DNA of 63,971 nucleotides, filler included, from Bigelowiella natans CCMP2755 (taxonomy: Eukaryota > Protista > Cercozoa): assembly GCA_000320545.1 (NCBI GenBank). It is 6 parts of 6 records of this genome, joined end to end, with 100 filler letters (N's around TTAATTAATTAA, not from the genome) between each part and the next. Parts side by side here need not be neighbours in the genome. Positions count along the whole stretch, not along the records: positions 16,785 to 43,181 come from ADNK01002249.1; 5 more parts are not named here. One strand, given 5' to 3'. A program made the position numbers and the translations under genes. Shown here piece after piece: positions 27,479-40,048 of the stretch (position 1 is its first letter; the number at the start of each line of letters is the position of its first letter). The notes beneath the pieces were generated by a model. That model ran no database searches. It saw only the letters and a list, made by a program, of their open reading frames with translations, and was not told the DNA's origin.

Positions 27479-28515
27479 ATATATAGCAGCCACGAGCACA
27501 AATTGTGTATTACATGTATCATACGTAAGTATGTACTAATTTTACTGAAGAATTCCCTATGTAATACTCTGAAAGGTGATTCTTCCTGCACCAGCTACCA
27601 AAATTGCGCTCACACGGGCCACTACTTGCGTCTTGCTTACCACGCAAAGGTAATCTAACTTCAAGGGAAAAAAGAAGAAACCACGATGATAAATAATTAT
27701 GCCAAAGGAGATTTACAGCAATCATTAGGTATTCGAGGAGGCCAAAATGTATGAAAGAATTGGTAAATGTTACACTCATCAGATCTTCTCTATCAGGGTT
27801 ATGTGTTGGGGTCAGAATACTTATGGCGTAGTTGGAGATGGCACCAATACCGAAAGGAACTCCCCTGTGTAAGGCCCAGCAACACCGGATAATAATTTGT
27901 TACAGTGTCGTGAAGGAGAGGAAATTATTTGTTGACAATGTGTCAAGCATAATTCTTAAAACGTTCATCGTTTTCCAGCATGAATGATGTTCCCCTTTAA
28001 TTGTCCAGATACATCAACATTCCTGCTAGTGACCCTGTTAACGATATTTCTGGCGGCTTCCAGCACAACTGCATCACCATGGCCGTTGGTTATTACATTT
28101 CATATTTTAATCTTTATTTATGAGCCGATGGCATTTTCACTTCATTGTCGCCATATATTAGTGGAATCCCTAGAATTGTTATTTCTTTTATTTGTTGCCT
28201 TTTTAAGGTAGACGCGATGTAATTTCTCTGTGTATGTTCTGTAAATCGTAGGATGTGTCATAAAGTGTTGGGGTGGGAATGGATATGGCTACCTTGGAAC
28301 TGGAGACACCAACTCTGTGAATACGCCGAAAGATATGACAAATCCGATCTGGTCACCCATGATAGCGAACCAAAGATTCTTATCTTCATGAGTTTTTGAT
28401 CAACTTTCAATAAATTTATGACTTTTTGAGAAACTTCCACCATGTGAGAATTGATAAAAAAAAGGGGGGGGGAGGGATATAGAATTCACACCTGCAGTAT
28501 TTATTTGAAATTGTG

Positions 28516-28561
<46 letters not shown>

Positions 28562-30230
28562 TTGTTTGTTTTGATTGATGCTGTATAGCCCGGAAACTCC
28601 AGGACCGACTATTATGCCGAGCTCTGCGCCAACGAGTACGCCATCAACAAAGGCTCCATCAACAAGGGCTCCATCAACAAGGGCTCCATCAGTTATTCCA
28701 GGGGTGGGTTATTCCAAGAAGATCAACTTTTTCATACTATGTCAATGACAAAGCCGGCACCGCAACTGATGAGAGAGGGAGAGATCGGGGAGAGGAGAAT
28801 GGAAGTCATTAATATATGCTGAATGCTAAAGATGAAGCCAATTCTTCCTCTTTTTGAAAGGATGGACTTTCCGCCTGGTATATAGCTGACACCATACAAG
28901 ATCCCGATGGTTATCAAATCCTCATTATCCACTTTCATTCCCTTAACAAATCTTCATATCTTCTAATCATCACCATCATCATCCTTATCACCATCGTGCA
29001 GAGAAATGTGCATAATTGTACTCTTGATCTTAGGATCGAGCATCAGCTTTTGGATGGATTCCTCAGGTCTTTTAAGCTTAATGCACGAACGTAGACATTC
29101 GCGACCTTACCATCTATAAGTATCAATGAATATGATATAGCTGTCCGATACTTATGTCACATAGGCAACAACCATCATGTAAATCAGTCGGACTCAGCAC
29201 TCATGCCTACATTAAAAGAAAATGCTATGAATGGACACAAAACCCTTAAATTTGGGGGAAATCTTGCAAAACGCTTAACGGTAGGATAAATTTGATTCCA
29301 ACAAAAGTTTACTGTTTGAAATATGGAGAGACGAATGGTAGCTGAAGATTTTTTTCATCATTATTTATTTCCTAGATTGAAGTAAATAACTTTCTAAATA
29401 AAAAGCATGCTCTAAGTTAGATTTTTTGTTTGTGTGTGTGTTTTCCGCCTTCTCTGTGAATTTAATTTCCAAACACCTCTAGCGCGAACTGACTGCACTC
29501 ACCCAAGCACAGACTCATATATCTGTCTTAAATCTAGTTTTGAGGGACTTACTATGTGCTCGCATTTTATCGAATAAAAACTGTCTTTGCAGGGGATCGA
29601 TAGCTGGAAAGAAGAACTTCTTGCAGGTCAGGACGGTCTCACGGCATTTGTGGTAATTAAAGATGCAACCCGCGATCGGTTTCCTATTGACCGAGGATAT
29701 TATCCCTCGCAAGGTGAGCAAGACATATGTCGTAAGTTTGATTCGACCTTCAGCAAACCTCTCAGTATCCACTATTTATGCATGCTTTCCCTTCAAAAAT
29801 GCAACTTGACAGCCTTCATTCTTTGATATTTTGAAGGATGGGGCATTGATAATGCGGGGTTAAACTCTTTAGCTGGATACACTCCAAATCAGTCAGGCAT
29901 TTCATTAAAAATTGAAACCAACACCATAGTTCAGTTTTGTGTATGAATCTCTGTTCTGTATCGTTGTAGTTATAAGGAACATACGTGATGTCTATTTCAT
30001 GCCGATCGCTACCAACATCCATACTATGATTTTTATTTAGGTATCCCAGTGCGTTTATTGCTAATATCTTTGGATTGGGCAGTTGGGTTGTGTACATAAG
30101 AGTTAACAATACAGATCAGACTTTTCATACCGGCATCTGTGATTACATTCGAGGTATAAAAGTGCACTTTCATCATTAATAAACTCTCCATAAAACTAAC
30201 TTACCGTCAAACCCTAATTACATATATACG

Positions 30231-30262
<32 letters not shown>

Positions 30263-32430
30263 GTGTGTGTGTATGTGTGTGTGTGTGTGTATGTTTGGTT
30301 CAAATTATGTATTTTAGGGCCGGACTCGACCAGCACGACGATCAGTTCTGCTACCATGGACTTCAATAATCGATTTACAATTGGGGCACAGGCGAAGGAT
30401 CCCAGCCGATTATCCGGTGGACGGTAAATAATCTCTCTCTATCTCTCTACCTATCTCTTTTTCTCCGCCAAAATTTATATAGATTTTTACCTTAATTGAT
30501 ATTTGATACCGAATAAAAACTCCACAAATTCAAAGTTATAATGAATTTCCGATTGGAATATCGTTCAAAATGTAGTTGGACTGATGGCGAGATACCAGAA
30601 GTCATAGTCTATTCTCGTCCCCTGGCGAACACTGAAGTGACCGAGGTGGTGCAGTACTTCAAGGCGAAGTACGGCACTTGCATAACACTGAGTCCGACGA
30701 CCTCTCCATCCATACCATCTACACCGATGCCTTCGCAAGCACCGTCTTTAGTGCCTTCGATGGCACCAAGTTTCAGCCCTAGTGGATGCCCCAGTGGAAG
30801 TCCAACATCTACCCCGAGTACATGTCCCAGTTGCAGTCCTAGTTCTACTCCGACTACTTCCCCAGGAACTGCAAGCCCTACTTCAACTCCGAGCGCATCT
30901 CCGAGTGGGAGGCCGACCACCTCCCCAACCTCGGCCCCAACATCGGGCCCGAGTATATCTCCAAGTTGGAGCCCTAGTTCGACTCCGACTCCAGGGCCAA
31001 CAACGACCCCGACGAGCGCACATCCGACGAAATCTCCCCACACGCTCAATCCGCATCAAGGGACCTATACGCCGACTGCTACAGTCAACCCCACGATTGC
31101 CCCCTCCTCCTCACCCACCAAAATGACCATGGCACCAAGCCGTAACCCCAGCACCTATCCATCATTGGCCCCCACTAACGCCCCAAGTCATGGCCCGAGT
31201 ATGTACCCCTCTGTCTCTCCCACTGGTGCACCGTCGATGACGCCTTCTATTTCTCCAACTGATACACCGTCATTAGCTCCTTCTACCTCCCTAACCAGCA
31301 GCCCAAGTGGGCGTCACGGAGGCGGAGGCGGAGGGTCCTCATTGGCCCCCACTAACGCCCCAAGTCATGGCCCGATCATGTACCCCTCTGTATCTCCCAC
31401 TGGTGCATCGTCGATGACCCCTTCTATTTCTCCAACTGATACACCGTCATTAGCTCCTTCTACCTCCCCAACCAGCAGCCCAAGTGGGCGTCGCGGAGGC
31501 GGAGGCGGAGGCGGAGGGCCCTCCAATCCACCAAACGTCTCTCCTCGGCTGCCAAGTGCGAGTCCAACTTCAAGTCCCACAGAACTGGAGATTCCAGTTG
31601 TTGCAGTGGGTGGCGGGGTTGTGGCACACTTACCGCGATAGAACAAATGAAATATTCACTCACTGCCGATGCATTTCCCTCTCTCAATTCGTTGACAATT
31701 TATCGTTCTGAAAGTAAGCATTTAAAATCATTTGTCCACATCATTTTTCAGAGCGGCGCTGATGGAAATCTCCTCCTCATCGCTGCGATAGCCGGGGTGC
31801 TGGGACTTCTGTGTTGCTGTCTGGTAAGTTTAGGCGTGTAATCTTGCAGACTTTCCGATCTCACTTTTGTGATTTGTGAGAAGCACAATGTTTGATCACT
31901 CGTAGATTCTTTTCCTGTGCTGCCGGCGCCGAAGAAAGAAGAAACAACCTAAGGAAAAGATCAGCGATATGGTCATGGCTGAAGGACAGATCATCGACGT
32001 AAGTTTTCCCTAGTCACTGCTAATCGTGGCCATTTTCTCTTGCTGAGTGTGCTTTTATAGTTTTATAGACACAGTATATGCCACATATATCCAATACAAT
32101 GTATCAGATATAAATCTGGCCAGATTCTTCACGTTCCCTGTTAGAAGTGTGAGATTGTGCACTTTTTTTTTTACTTTTCGTTTTATAAATCAGGTCATAG
32201 ACTCAAACCCTAGCATTGAGCTGGGGAAAGTATCAGGATTAAATTTAACAACCGACTCGCAGGTGCGTTGATATTTTCATGAATAATTATAATGAAACAA
32301 ATAAGCACAAAAATTCATTGACCGTTTCATTTTCTCGATCTACTTGCACATTCAGGGTTCTAATCCGGTGAGAAGTGGCATGTTTCAAGTGGGAGAAACC
32401 AAAATTGTTACTAGTGGCCCGATGATTTGA
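25628..32430 (+). CDS. Large type I cell-surface protein: signal peptide, RCC1/BLIP-II-like beta-propeller repeats, LamG/ConA-like domain, Pro/Ser/Thr stalk, TM helix and short tail
   Basis: Signal peptide MMKTVVPLLLGALQAAA. Repeats HTCVKYGSTDVRCFGNNYYGQFG, ACALTTSGSVHCWG, HTCAIHSGGNVSCWG and VMCWGQNTYGVVGDG. LamG-like segments WMDSS|GNNHHVNQSDSALMPTL and FTIGAQ...DGEIPEVIVYSRPLANTEVTEVVQYFKAKYG. PT stalk 30690-31590; TM LLLIAAIAGVLGLLCCCL|ILFLCCRRRRKKK; last exon ends SGPMI* (TGA 32428-32430). Confidence 0.85.
31161..31520 (+). repeat. In-frame 177-bp (59-aa) tandem duplication in the PT stalk
   Basis: tcattggcccccactaacgccccaagtcatggcccg at ~31162 and ~31339; each copy ends in SSPSGR(H/R)GGGGG. 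Confidence 0.9.
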
Positions 32431-32780
32431 GGGCTAGACGTACAGTTTGTGGCCTATTCATCTGTAATTTAGCTGAAAGTCTCTTAAGCACAGGCAACAC
32501 TTACAGACGTAAAGAACAGATTGAAAACAATCATTACTCGAAACGATGTTGAGACGAAACTATACTGACTAAAGCTGAAAAAGAAGCACGGACCGTCATC
32601 CCAATGCAACTGTGCAAAACAGCGGCTACAGCGCTCATGTCGTGTCCATTTGTCTCTTCTGCTACGTGCACTGTGGACATGACGTCCATGTTCCGTGTCT
32701 GCACTTGCACATGTGTAAAGGATTGGCAACTTTATTTTTGCAATTTTTGGCAACATGCTGCAACTTTTCACGATGAACTA

Positions 32781-34154
32781 CACAGCATTTTGACGCGTGG
32801 CATGCACGTGCAACATGCACATTGCATTGTTGGCGTGCGATGCGAGATTTTGACACTTGCATTGAATGGAGCCCCCTTTTGCCTCTCATCTTGAAGGTTC
32901 ACTGTCAAATTGATCTTGACACACGTGTTGCACGTGCGCAGCCATCACAGATTCGCAGCTTTGTGAGATTGCCCCGCTTGAGGTACAGGCGCTCCCAACG
33001 CCAGCTTCAATTCTGGCTAGCTGGGCTCAAAAAGTGCAAGTCCGTTGAGTCTCTGTTTGACACTTGGGCCCGTCTAGCCATCTTCTGGTGTGCTCATGTT
33101 TGATCAGCGTTCGCATTTCACCATCAGATGAGCGGTGCGAATTCATTCCGCGCTTGTTTTTGGCCTCGATGTTGGCTTTGAGTTCCAACAGCGCATTTGC
33201 ACAATGGACACAGCAATTTGCTGCGTCCGTTTCACTTCCGTGTGAGGCCAGCATCAAGGCAGTGCAACCTTTTTCACGTGCAGCAAAGCTTTGGAGTTCT
33301 CGTCTGCCCCAGTGCCAACGCCACAGCTTCCACCAGTGCAATCCTGGTGTCGACATCCAACGTTGATTTTTTGCCGGGGGTCCAGGGGTCTTTCCTGACT
33401 TTTTCAAGCCCAACACGCACTTCCCCATCGTCTCAGCCTTCAGTTCTGCTGTCGCTTTTCACATTTTTGCTTGGCAAAGTCCATGGCAGACTTGCACACG
33501 TGTTTGTTGAGACCACGTGCGTTCCAGACGTTCGATGACAAGCACTGTCATCTTCTCCAACAACACTCCCTGCATTCTGGTCCCAGGCTTCCGTGGGTTT
33601 TTTTTGGTTGCAGCTTTTCCATGCAGAGTCATCTGCGTTGTCTGCTAGTCCACGTCGTTTTGTTGTTGGACGCAGACTCAATCGCCTTTTGACGGCCTCC
33701 CTCTTCGTGCCTTCTTCTTCGGCGCCACTGGCGCTTTTTTGGGACGATCAACTTTCCTCTTCGGACCAGAGGCCGTGGAATCGCCCATGAGCCAACTCTG
33801 CATCACAGACGCACATGACATCACATGTCTGTCATCTGCATCAATGTCAGGGGTCTCATCACAGTCAATTTTTCCCGATTTTCCCGTTTGCACGAAAATG
33901 ACAAAACGATTTGCGTGAGACACGTGAGGTCAATCCAAGAAGTGTGACCCTTCCAGGCCGTTCAGGTGTGCACGTGCGCATCCCATGATGACACTTTTGG
34001 CACCTTGGGCTGCTCTAGTGCTTTCTGGGCGAAGGGGCGTGCAAGCTGAGGACCACAGGCCGTTTCGGATGGCACGTTTGACTGGGAAAGCTCATGGTCT
34101 AGACGCATCCAAAAACGGCCTCCGATTTTTCCACATGTCCCACCAGTGAAGAAC
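32781..34154 (-). pseudogene. TpA-erased pseudogene containing an ankyrin repeat remnant
   Basis: ORF 33027-33428 has GCTALMLASHG...ALLELKANIEAKNKRG (ankyrin GxTALxxA...LL..GA.I.A.N..G). By my count there are 6 TA in ~1370 bp: 5 CTAG and 1 GTAC. Confidence 0.7.
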
Positions 34155-34268
34155 GTAGGCGATTTTTTTTTGGACATTCCTGGTCCTTGAGCCGCACAGA
34201 GCTCTAGCAGCCCAAAAGTGTAATCTAACAAATCATTTTGGGAACGCAAAACATTGTCGCAGGTCACA

Positions 34269-35792
34269 ATGTCCTCTGCGTTTCTACGAGTAGATGAATC
34301 TCGCTCGCGAATAAATCGAACGGGGAGGGGGATCATGTCAAGCAGAAAGCGCAAGGAAAAGCTCTCTTGTCGTCAACCTGCAGCCTACAAGCGGCGGAAG
34401 GAAAATCCAAGGAGTTGGAGCCCGGCAGAGGTGGAATCCTGGGTCAAAGAAACTGCAGACAACTGGTCAATTTCTTGTTTCACGTGCACTGATAAAATAT
34501 GGCTGACCGATGATATTGTTGTTCGATTCAGGGATAAACCTTCGCTTCACAATGTTGCAGATTCGATGCGAAAGGGATCCGTCTCTGGGATCTTACTCGA
34601 AGACTTCGAGTGGAATGATTGGGAAGAGCATGGGGCCACAAAAGAAATCTATCAACGTGTTTTGAGACCGCAGAAGAAATTTCTTTTTGAAAGTCACTCG
34701 GCCGATACTAAACAGTCACCTATTTACATAAACAATAATGTAAATGCGAATTTCGAAAATACCAATGCGCAAGGTACCAATTTTCAAGGTAGTCCTTCGG
34801 AAAACGAAGAGAGCGAGTTAATCTGCATGCCAGATCGGAGCACCATGGAAAATCGAGAGTCTGAAATTCTCCATCATATTGCAGTCGTCAATACTGTTCC
34901 TTCGGGATTCTTAGATGATGTTGTAGTTCACAAAATCGAATATATTCAGCTACCTTGTGAATTCTATGAGACAAGAATGAGGGTTGTGGTGACACTGTCG
35001 CATACAGAAAATGAAAAACAGAATTCCTTTAAAAAGGAGAAGCTTCGTGTTGATTCTAAAGGTTCATCACAGACAAAGGTATATTCCCTATCAGACGAAA
35101 TTGACAGCATCTTAAGCCCAGCAAGATCTCGTTTTCTCGGTGGCTACTGCGGTCTACGTCATTTGGCAAGACGATTCGACATGAGAGACATTAAAAAGCA
35201 CACGACCCTCAAAAAATTCACCGCAACAGATTACAAGCGAAGAAATATCAGAAGTGAAATTGAACAAATGCACAAGGCAGATTTGATTTCGATTGTGAAG
35301 GGACCTTTTGAGACCGTGAAAACAGTCCAACATTCCACCGAATCGCAGCAAGCAGATGTAGTCTACATCCCAGTGCTCAAGGTTGTGTATGAGTACAAAA
35401 ATAAAGAATACGAAATCCTTATGAACCCACTTCAACCTGAATCAATATGCGAGCATTTTGGTCATCCCATAGATTCAACATTGAACGGGGCGGATTCATT
35501 ATTCGCAGCGATTTTCTTTCTTTTTATATGGACCTGTTGGGATCTTTTCTCCTCTAATATAACATGGGCTCTATGGTTTATTATTGGCATTTGGTCACTT
35601 GTGGAGCTTTGTCGATACCAGATGAGACTCGTTGATGCTAAAAAACGCAGAGTGAAAGAGCACCAGGCTTTCCTCAAAATGGGAAAGACACTTAGAGATG
35701 CAGGAAGCGGAAACATGGCAAGCCTATCTCCCTCGGCTACGAAATTCGCCAACCTCGCTGATGATTACGACGATGAGCGTGAACGCATTTAG
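34269..35792 (+). CDS. Hypothetical protein with an N-terminal SAM-like domain and two C-terminal TM helices
   Basis: ORF of ~500 aa. NPRSWSPAEVESWV...VADSMRKGSVSGILLEDF..NDWEEHG resembles a SAM domain; C-terminal hydrophobic SLFAAIFFLFIWTCW / ITWALWFIIGIWSLVEL. Start is 34269 or 34335; a short intron near 34466-34532 is possible. Confidence 0.65.
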   Translation: MSSAFLRVDESRSRINRTGRGIMSSRKRKEKLSCRQPAAYKRRKENPRSWSPAEVESWVKETADNWSISCFTCTDKIWLTDDIVVRFRDKPSLHNVADSMRKGSVSGILLEDFEWNDWEEHGATKEIYQRVLRPQKKFLFESHSADTKQSPIYINNNVNANFENTNAQGTNFQGSPSENEESELICMPDRSTMENRESEILHHIAVVNTVPSGFLDDVVVHKIEYIQLPCEFYETRMRVVVTLSHTENEKQNSFKKEKLRVDSKGSSQTKVYSLSDEIDSILSPARSRFLGGYCGLRHLARRFDMRDIKKHTTLKKFTATDYKRRNIRSEIEQMHKADLISIVKGPFETVKTVQHSTESQQADVVYIPVLKVVYEYKNKEYEILMNPLQPESICEHFGHPIDSTLNGADSLFAAIFFLFIWTCWDLFSSNITWALWFIIGIWSLVELCRYQMRLVDAKKRRVKEHQAFLKMGKTLRDAGSGNMASLSPSATKFANLADDYDDERERI

Positions 35793-36036
35793 GTGCTCGG
35801 GTGCATACGCACTGTTCGCTGCCACAGCTAAGAATCATAAGATATGAGTAGCTACATCTGTGTGTGCACAGTAGCACAGCTGTGCTTGTGCAAGACACAC
35901 ATTACACGGCACGTACTCATTATGGACAATTGAATTAACTGTGTCTATGCGCGTAGTAGTTGTGTAATGAGAATGACCTGTTTGACTACACACATGTATG
36001 CATGTGTGTGTACATGCATGTACATCTAGATATATG

Positions 36037-36074
<38 letters not shown>

Positions 36075-36082
<8 letters not shown>

Positions 36083-37100
36083 AGACGGATGTAATGAAGT
36101 GATTAAATCTTTTCAATGGTCATCCTAATGTAGCTATGCAAAGCAGCGGCTACAGCGCTCATGTTGTGTCTACTTGATGTGCATGCATGTGCAAGCATCA
36201 TTCCACTAGCTTGTGCATGACGTTCAAAATCAAGAAGTATGCGCGCAAAACCACACTCGTTAGACTTAGCGCTTAATCTTTGCGCAATGCGACATGTCAG
36301 CACACACACGTGGACCAGCCCCGTCAGCCTGCCTGCGCTAGTGCGCTGCGTCACAGCACTAGCTAGCTAGCTGGAGCATCTAAATGCATGCATGCATGAT
36401 AGACATGCAATACACAATATACATTGCTGTGTCTATTATATGCATCCATAGTTGAGCACTAAACGAATTGCGCTTCAAATTTTTGTGACACCTCTCGGTT
36501 TTGTATATTTGTTTCCATGTTTCTTCAACATTGGTACGAATTTCGTCATTTCGATCCATGTGCGTCAAACCGTCAAAAAGCCATGTTGCGTTTTGACCAC
36601 ATTTTGTCGAAAGTGTAGATTTTTGCAGCCCGCAACCCACTTTTCATGTGTTTGTGGTCACATGCACATGCTGTGCTGCGCTTGCTAGCTTGCATCTTGT
36701 TAGTCGCCTGCTCGCTCGCATTTGCAATTTCGGACATCCTGATCACGCCAGGGCCTGGCTGTGGTGGCCGCGATTGCTAAACAGATCATGCATGTCACAC
36801 ATTTTGTTGCAAACGCACGCATGCGTAGCATGATGTCAATGAGACGGATGTCCATGATGTCTTTGATGAATCTTTTCAATGGTCATCTGAATGTGGCCAC
36901 ATACATCTACTATGTGTGCAGAGCAGCGGCTACATAGCGATCATGTTGGTATGTCGGTTTGTTTTAGCTATTGTGTGTTTCACGCTAGCAAAGTTCATGC
37001 AATTAAAGCTGGCATCCATGTGAGGTCGATGATGTCGCGCGTACGAGACGGATGTAATGAAATGATTAAGTTCTTTCAATGGCCATCCTAATGTCGCGCG
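36075..37100. repeat. Three diverged copies of a ~55-bp dispersed repeat plus an associated cagcggctaca... motif, partly TpA-depleted
   Basis: gagacggatgt...tcttttcaatggtcatcctaatgt at ~36081, ~36841 and ~37045; cagcggctacagcgctcatgt at ~32620 and ~36144, with a variant at ~36924. Confidence 0.75.
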
Positions 37101-37420
37101 CGTGTGTAACGATATGGGCAAGGTACGTACTTTCATGGGCAACACAGTATTATGTGCGCGCAACAATGCTGTTCAAATTCGTTCCCTTTTCTATCATTTT
37201 AAAGGTTAACATTAGTCATTGGATCCTTCTTTTCCCGACGTTCTCACAACCAATGCTGCGAACGTGCAAGATACACATACATACTTTCACCAGTTTCATT
37301 TCGGGTACTTACACTGCTCGTAACACTGTACTGTGGGAACATCAGGTAGTGGACTTCCCTTCAGGGGACAGCGGTTGAACTTGGGTCTGAGGCAAGGAAA
37401 ACTTTTACAAACATGTCGAC

Positions 37421-37946
37421 TCAAATATTCATGCATCTTCCCAAAACATAATCTCCAGGCAAATACATACATAGTACACATCGAAGATCAATTACCTCTA
37501 TTTTTCCCTGTTTCTTTCTCCGAAACAAGCTTCCCTTTTCCTTCTCTTCTCCAAATCGGCTTCCAAAAACAGCCGTCAAGACTCCGTGATTTAGCCCGTT
37601 CATCCCATTGAATGTCTTTTCGTTAAAAAGGTACAACCAAATTGCCAAGGAGAATTGGAAGCACAAGATATTCAGCAAAATCCTGTGGCGCATGATAGCG
37701 CGTTTTATCATTTCGTTGCCGCGGGCTTTGAGGAATAGATTTAGGAGGACTTGGTACGCCCTCGGAATGCAGTATCTGAGCCGCACGATTACAAAAAATA
37801 AGGCATATTCCATAATCTGATGAACTTTCGCCAATAGAGCCATACGAACGTGCTTTCACCTCATTATCCACGTAAATGTGTTGGTTTCTCTAGGATAAAC
37901 CATTGATGTTTCGCTTTACATGTGAGAGTTGACTTTGTGATTTTAG

Positions 37947-37999
<53 letters not shown>

Positions 38000-38683
38000 T
38001 AGTTTGTTTTGAGTGTGTGTGTGTGTATTTGCGTGTGCGTTTGCGTGTGCGTGTTAATGTGGCCAATATTCGACTTACAGTGTGAGCTCCTTCCTACGAC
38101 GTGGATGCTCAATGAAGATACTTAATCCAGCCACAAATCCAGCTAATAATCCATCGAGATGTGTCATTCTTCGCCCAAAGAGACTGCGAACCAGGATTGC
38201 CACTGACTTCCCGTTAAATTGGTATGTGGTCAAAAACGCAGCGGAAGTAAGCAGATTTAATATTTTCTCCTTTGCAAAACCTTCAAAGAGAAACAAAGAC
38301 AGTTCGAGGGAAAGGGAGATGGGGTATTAGCGGAGGAGGAGGAGGAAAAACACACAAATATTTCTCGATCATCGATGATAACATGATATATGGTAACATC
38401 CCCCCCCTAGCCACGAAACGGAATACGGCATATTTTCTTCAAAACTGAATGGATCAAAATTTACTTACCCCATGGTTGGCGAGCTGCCTTCCCAATGCGC
38501 AGCAGCGATGCAACAATGTGAACCCGAAAATACACTTTAATGCCACGTCGGAAACCTCGCATCCACGTCTTTACCAAGTATTCTGGTATCTACGTGATAG
38601 CATTAAATGTATGTCTCTTTGTAATATGAGTGGATAAAGCAAAGTCTCTCTCCCCCATTCTCCCTCTCCCTCCCTCTCTCTCT

Positions 38684-38721
<38 letters not shown>

Positions 38722-39663
38722 GTGAGAGAGATACGCGCATAGCCGTTTTTATTCACATACCGTTTCATGATCCATCGGCACAGGTACAAACGGAGAAGGC
38801 TCGCCTTCGAGTTTCCGTCCCATCGCATCGGTTATACCAGCCCACAACGAAGGAGTATATTTAGGCATCCTTCCCATCCACTGAATCCATCGAAAGTACG
38901 CCTGGTCCATCGCCCAGGAGTCAAAGAAATATGCCATAAGTATCGGGCCATTTGCCAGCACAAAGCCGAGACCGGCGATATCAATATTTTCAGGTAAGAA
39001 AGACTGCATATCACTTCTATTCCTCTCCATTGCATAGGTCAGCCAATCCGCCAATGCCCGTGTTATGCAGTACAACGACGCCCCAAAGCGCTCATCTTCG
39101 GGCAAAATCAGCATACTTGCACCGGCGACGAAGCCGGCGATAGCGTTCAATATGTTATCATCTGGTGGGCGGCGATATCTCCACACCGTTTTCGCTTCTC
39201 CGGTCTCTTTTCCTTCTCCTTCCGTAAGCTGCCCTTGCTTGAGGAAGTTAAAAAGCGATTGTAGGGACATGTGTGTGCCGCGCTTGAGTGCCACCATGGT
39301 CGCTGGTAGGAGTAATTAAGATATTAAGAGGACAGAGATGAGGAGGGAAGTCATCGAAAACAACAACGTTTGTTATGCTATGCGAGGTAAAGATTCGCCA
39401 TTACCAACGGTATGTATGTCATATGGTCGCAACAAGTTAAATCTTGAGAAGCATGATGAAGTGTATATTTACTCATAGTACTACTCCCCCCAAATATGCT
39501 ACATTGAGATATCTTCCCCTGTCTAATGCTTATCTCACCAAGAAATTTGCCATAGTTTATAGCAGCCGGATAAGATAGGTAGCTAGCTCCATTCTTTCAT
39601 TTTCACCAGGCGGGTTACCAAGATCCCGCAAAGTAAAATCGCAAGTAGTAAGTTATATGTATG

Positions 39664-39719
<56 letters not shown>

Positions 39720-40016
39720 TGTATGTAATATATTATAGGAGGGAGAGAAGGAGAAAGAGAGGGCGGCGAGGGCGAGGGGGGAGCGGGGGGGAGGGGTATA
39801 TGAGTGTAAAATGTTCGCATATGCGCTGAACCGAAATACATACCTTCGGGTGAAATCTCCCTTCTCAGTAGGTCATAGGCGACAGCCATTGCCACCTTGA
39901 AGCTGTACCCAACTGCAAATCCTCGTCCTAAAATTTTAAATTACAGAAAAGACTATACTGAGCGCAAGGTGTTGCACACACAGACGGCACCGACACACTT
40001 GAATATACGCGAAACA

Positions 40017-40048
<32 letters not shown>

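Noticed and set aside
30609-31646. Gly/Val-rich minus-strand ORFs
   Set aside because: Antisense shadows of the Pro/Ser/Thr stalk exon.
32781-34154. CpG-methylation decay or fungal RIP as the cause of the TG/CA excess
   Set aside because: CpG is plentiful in the tract and TpA is lost, whereas RIP increases TpA.
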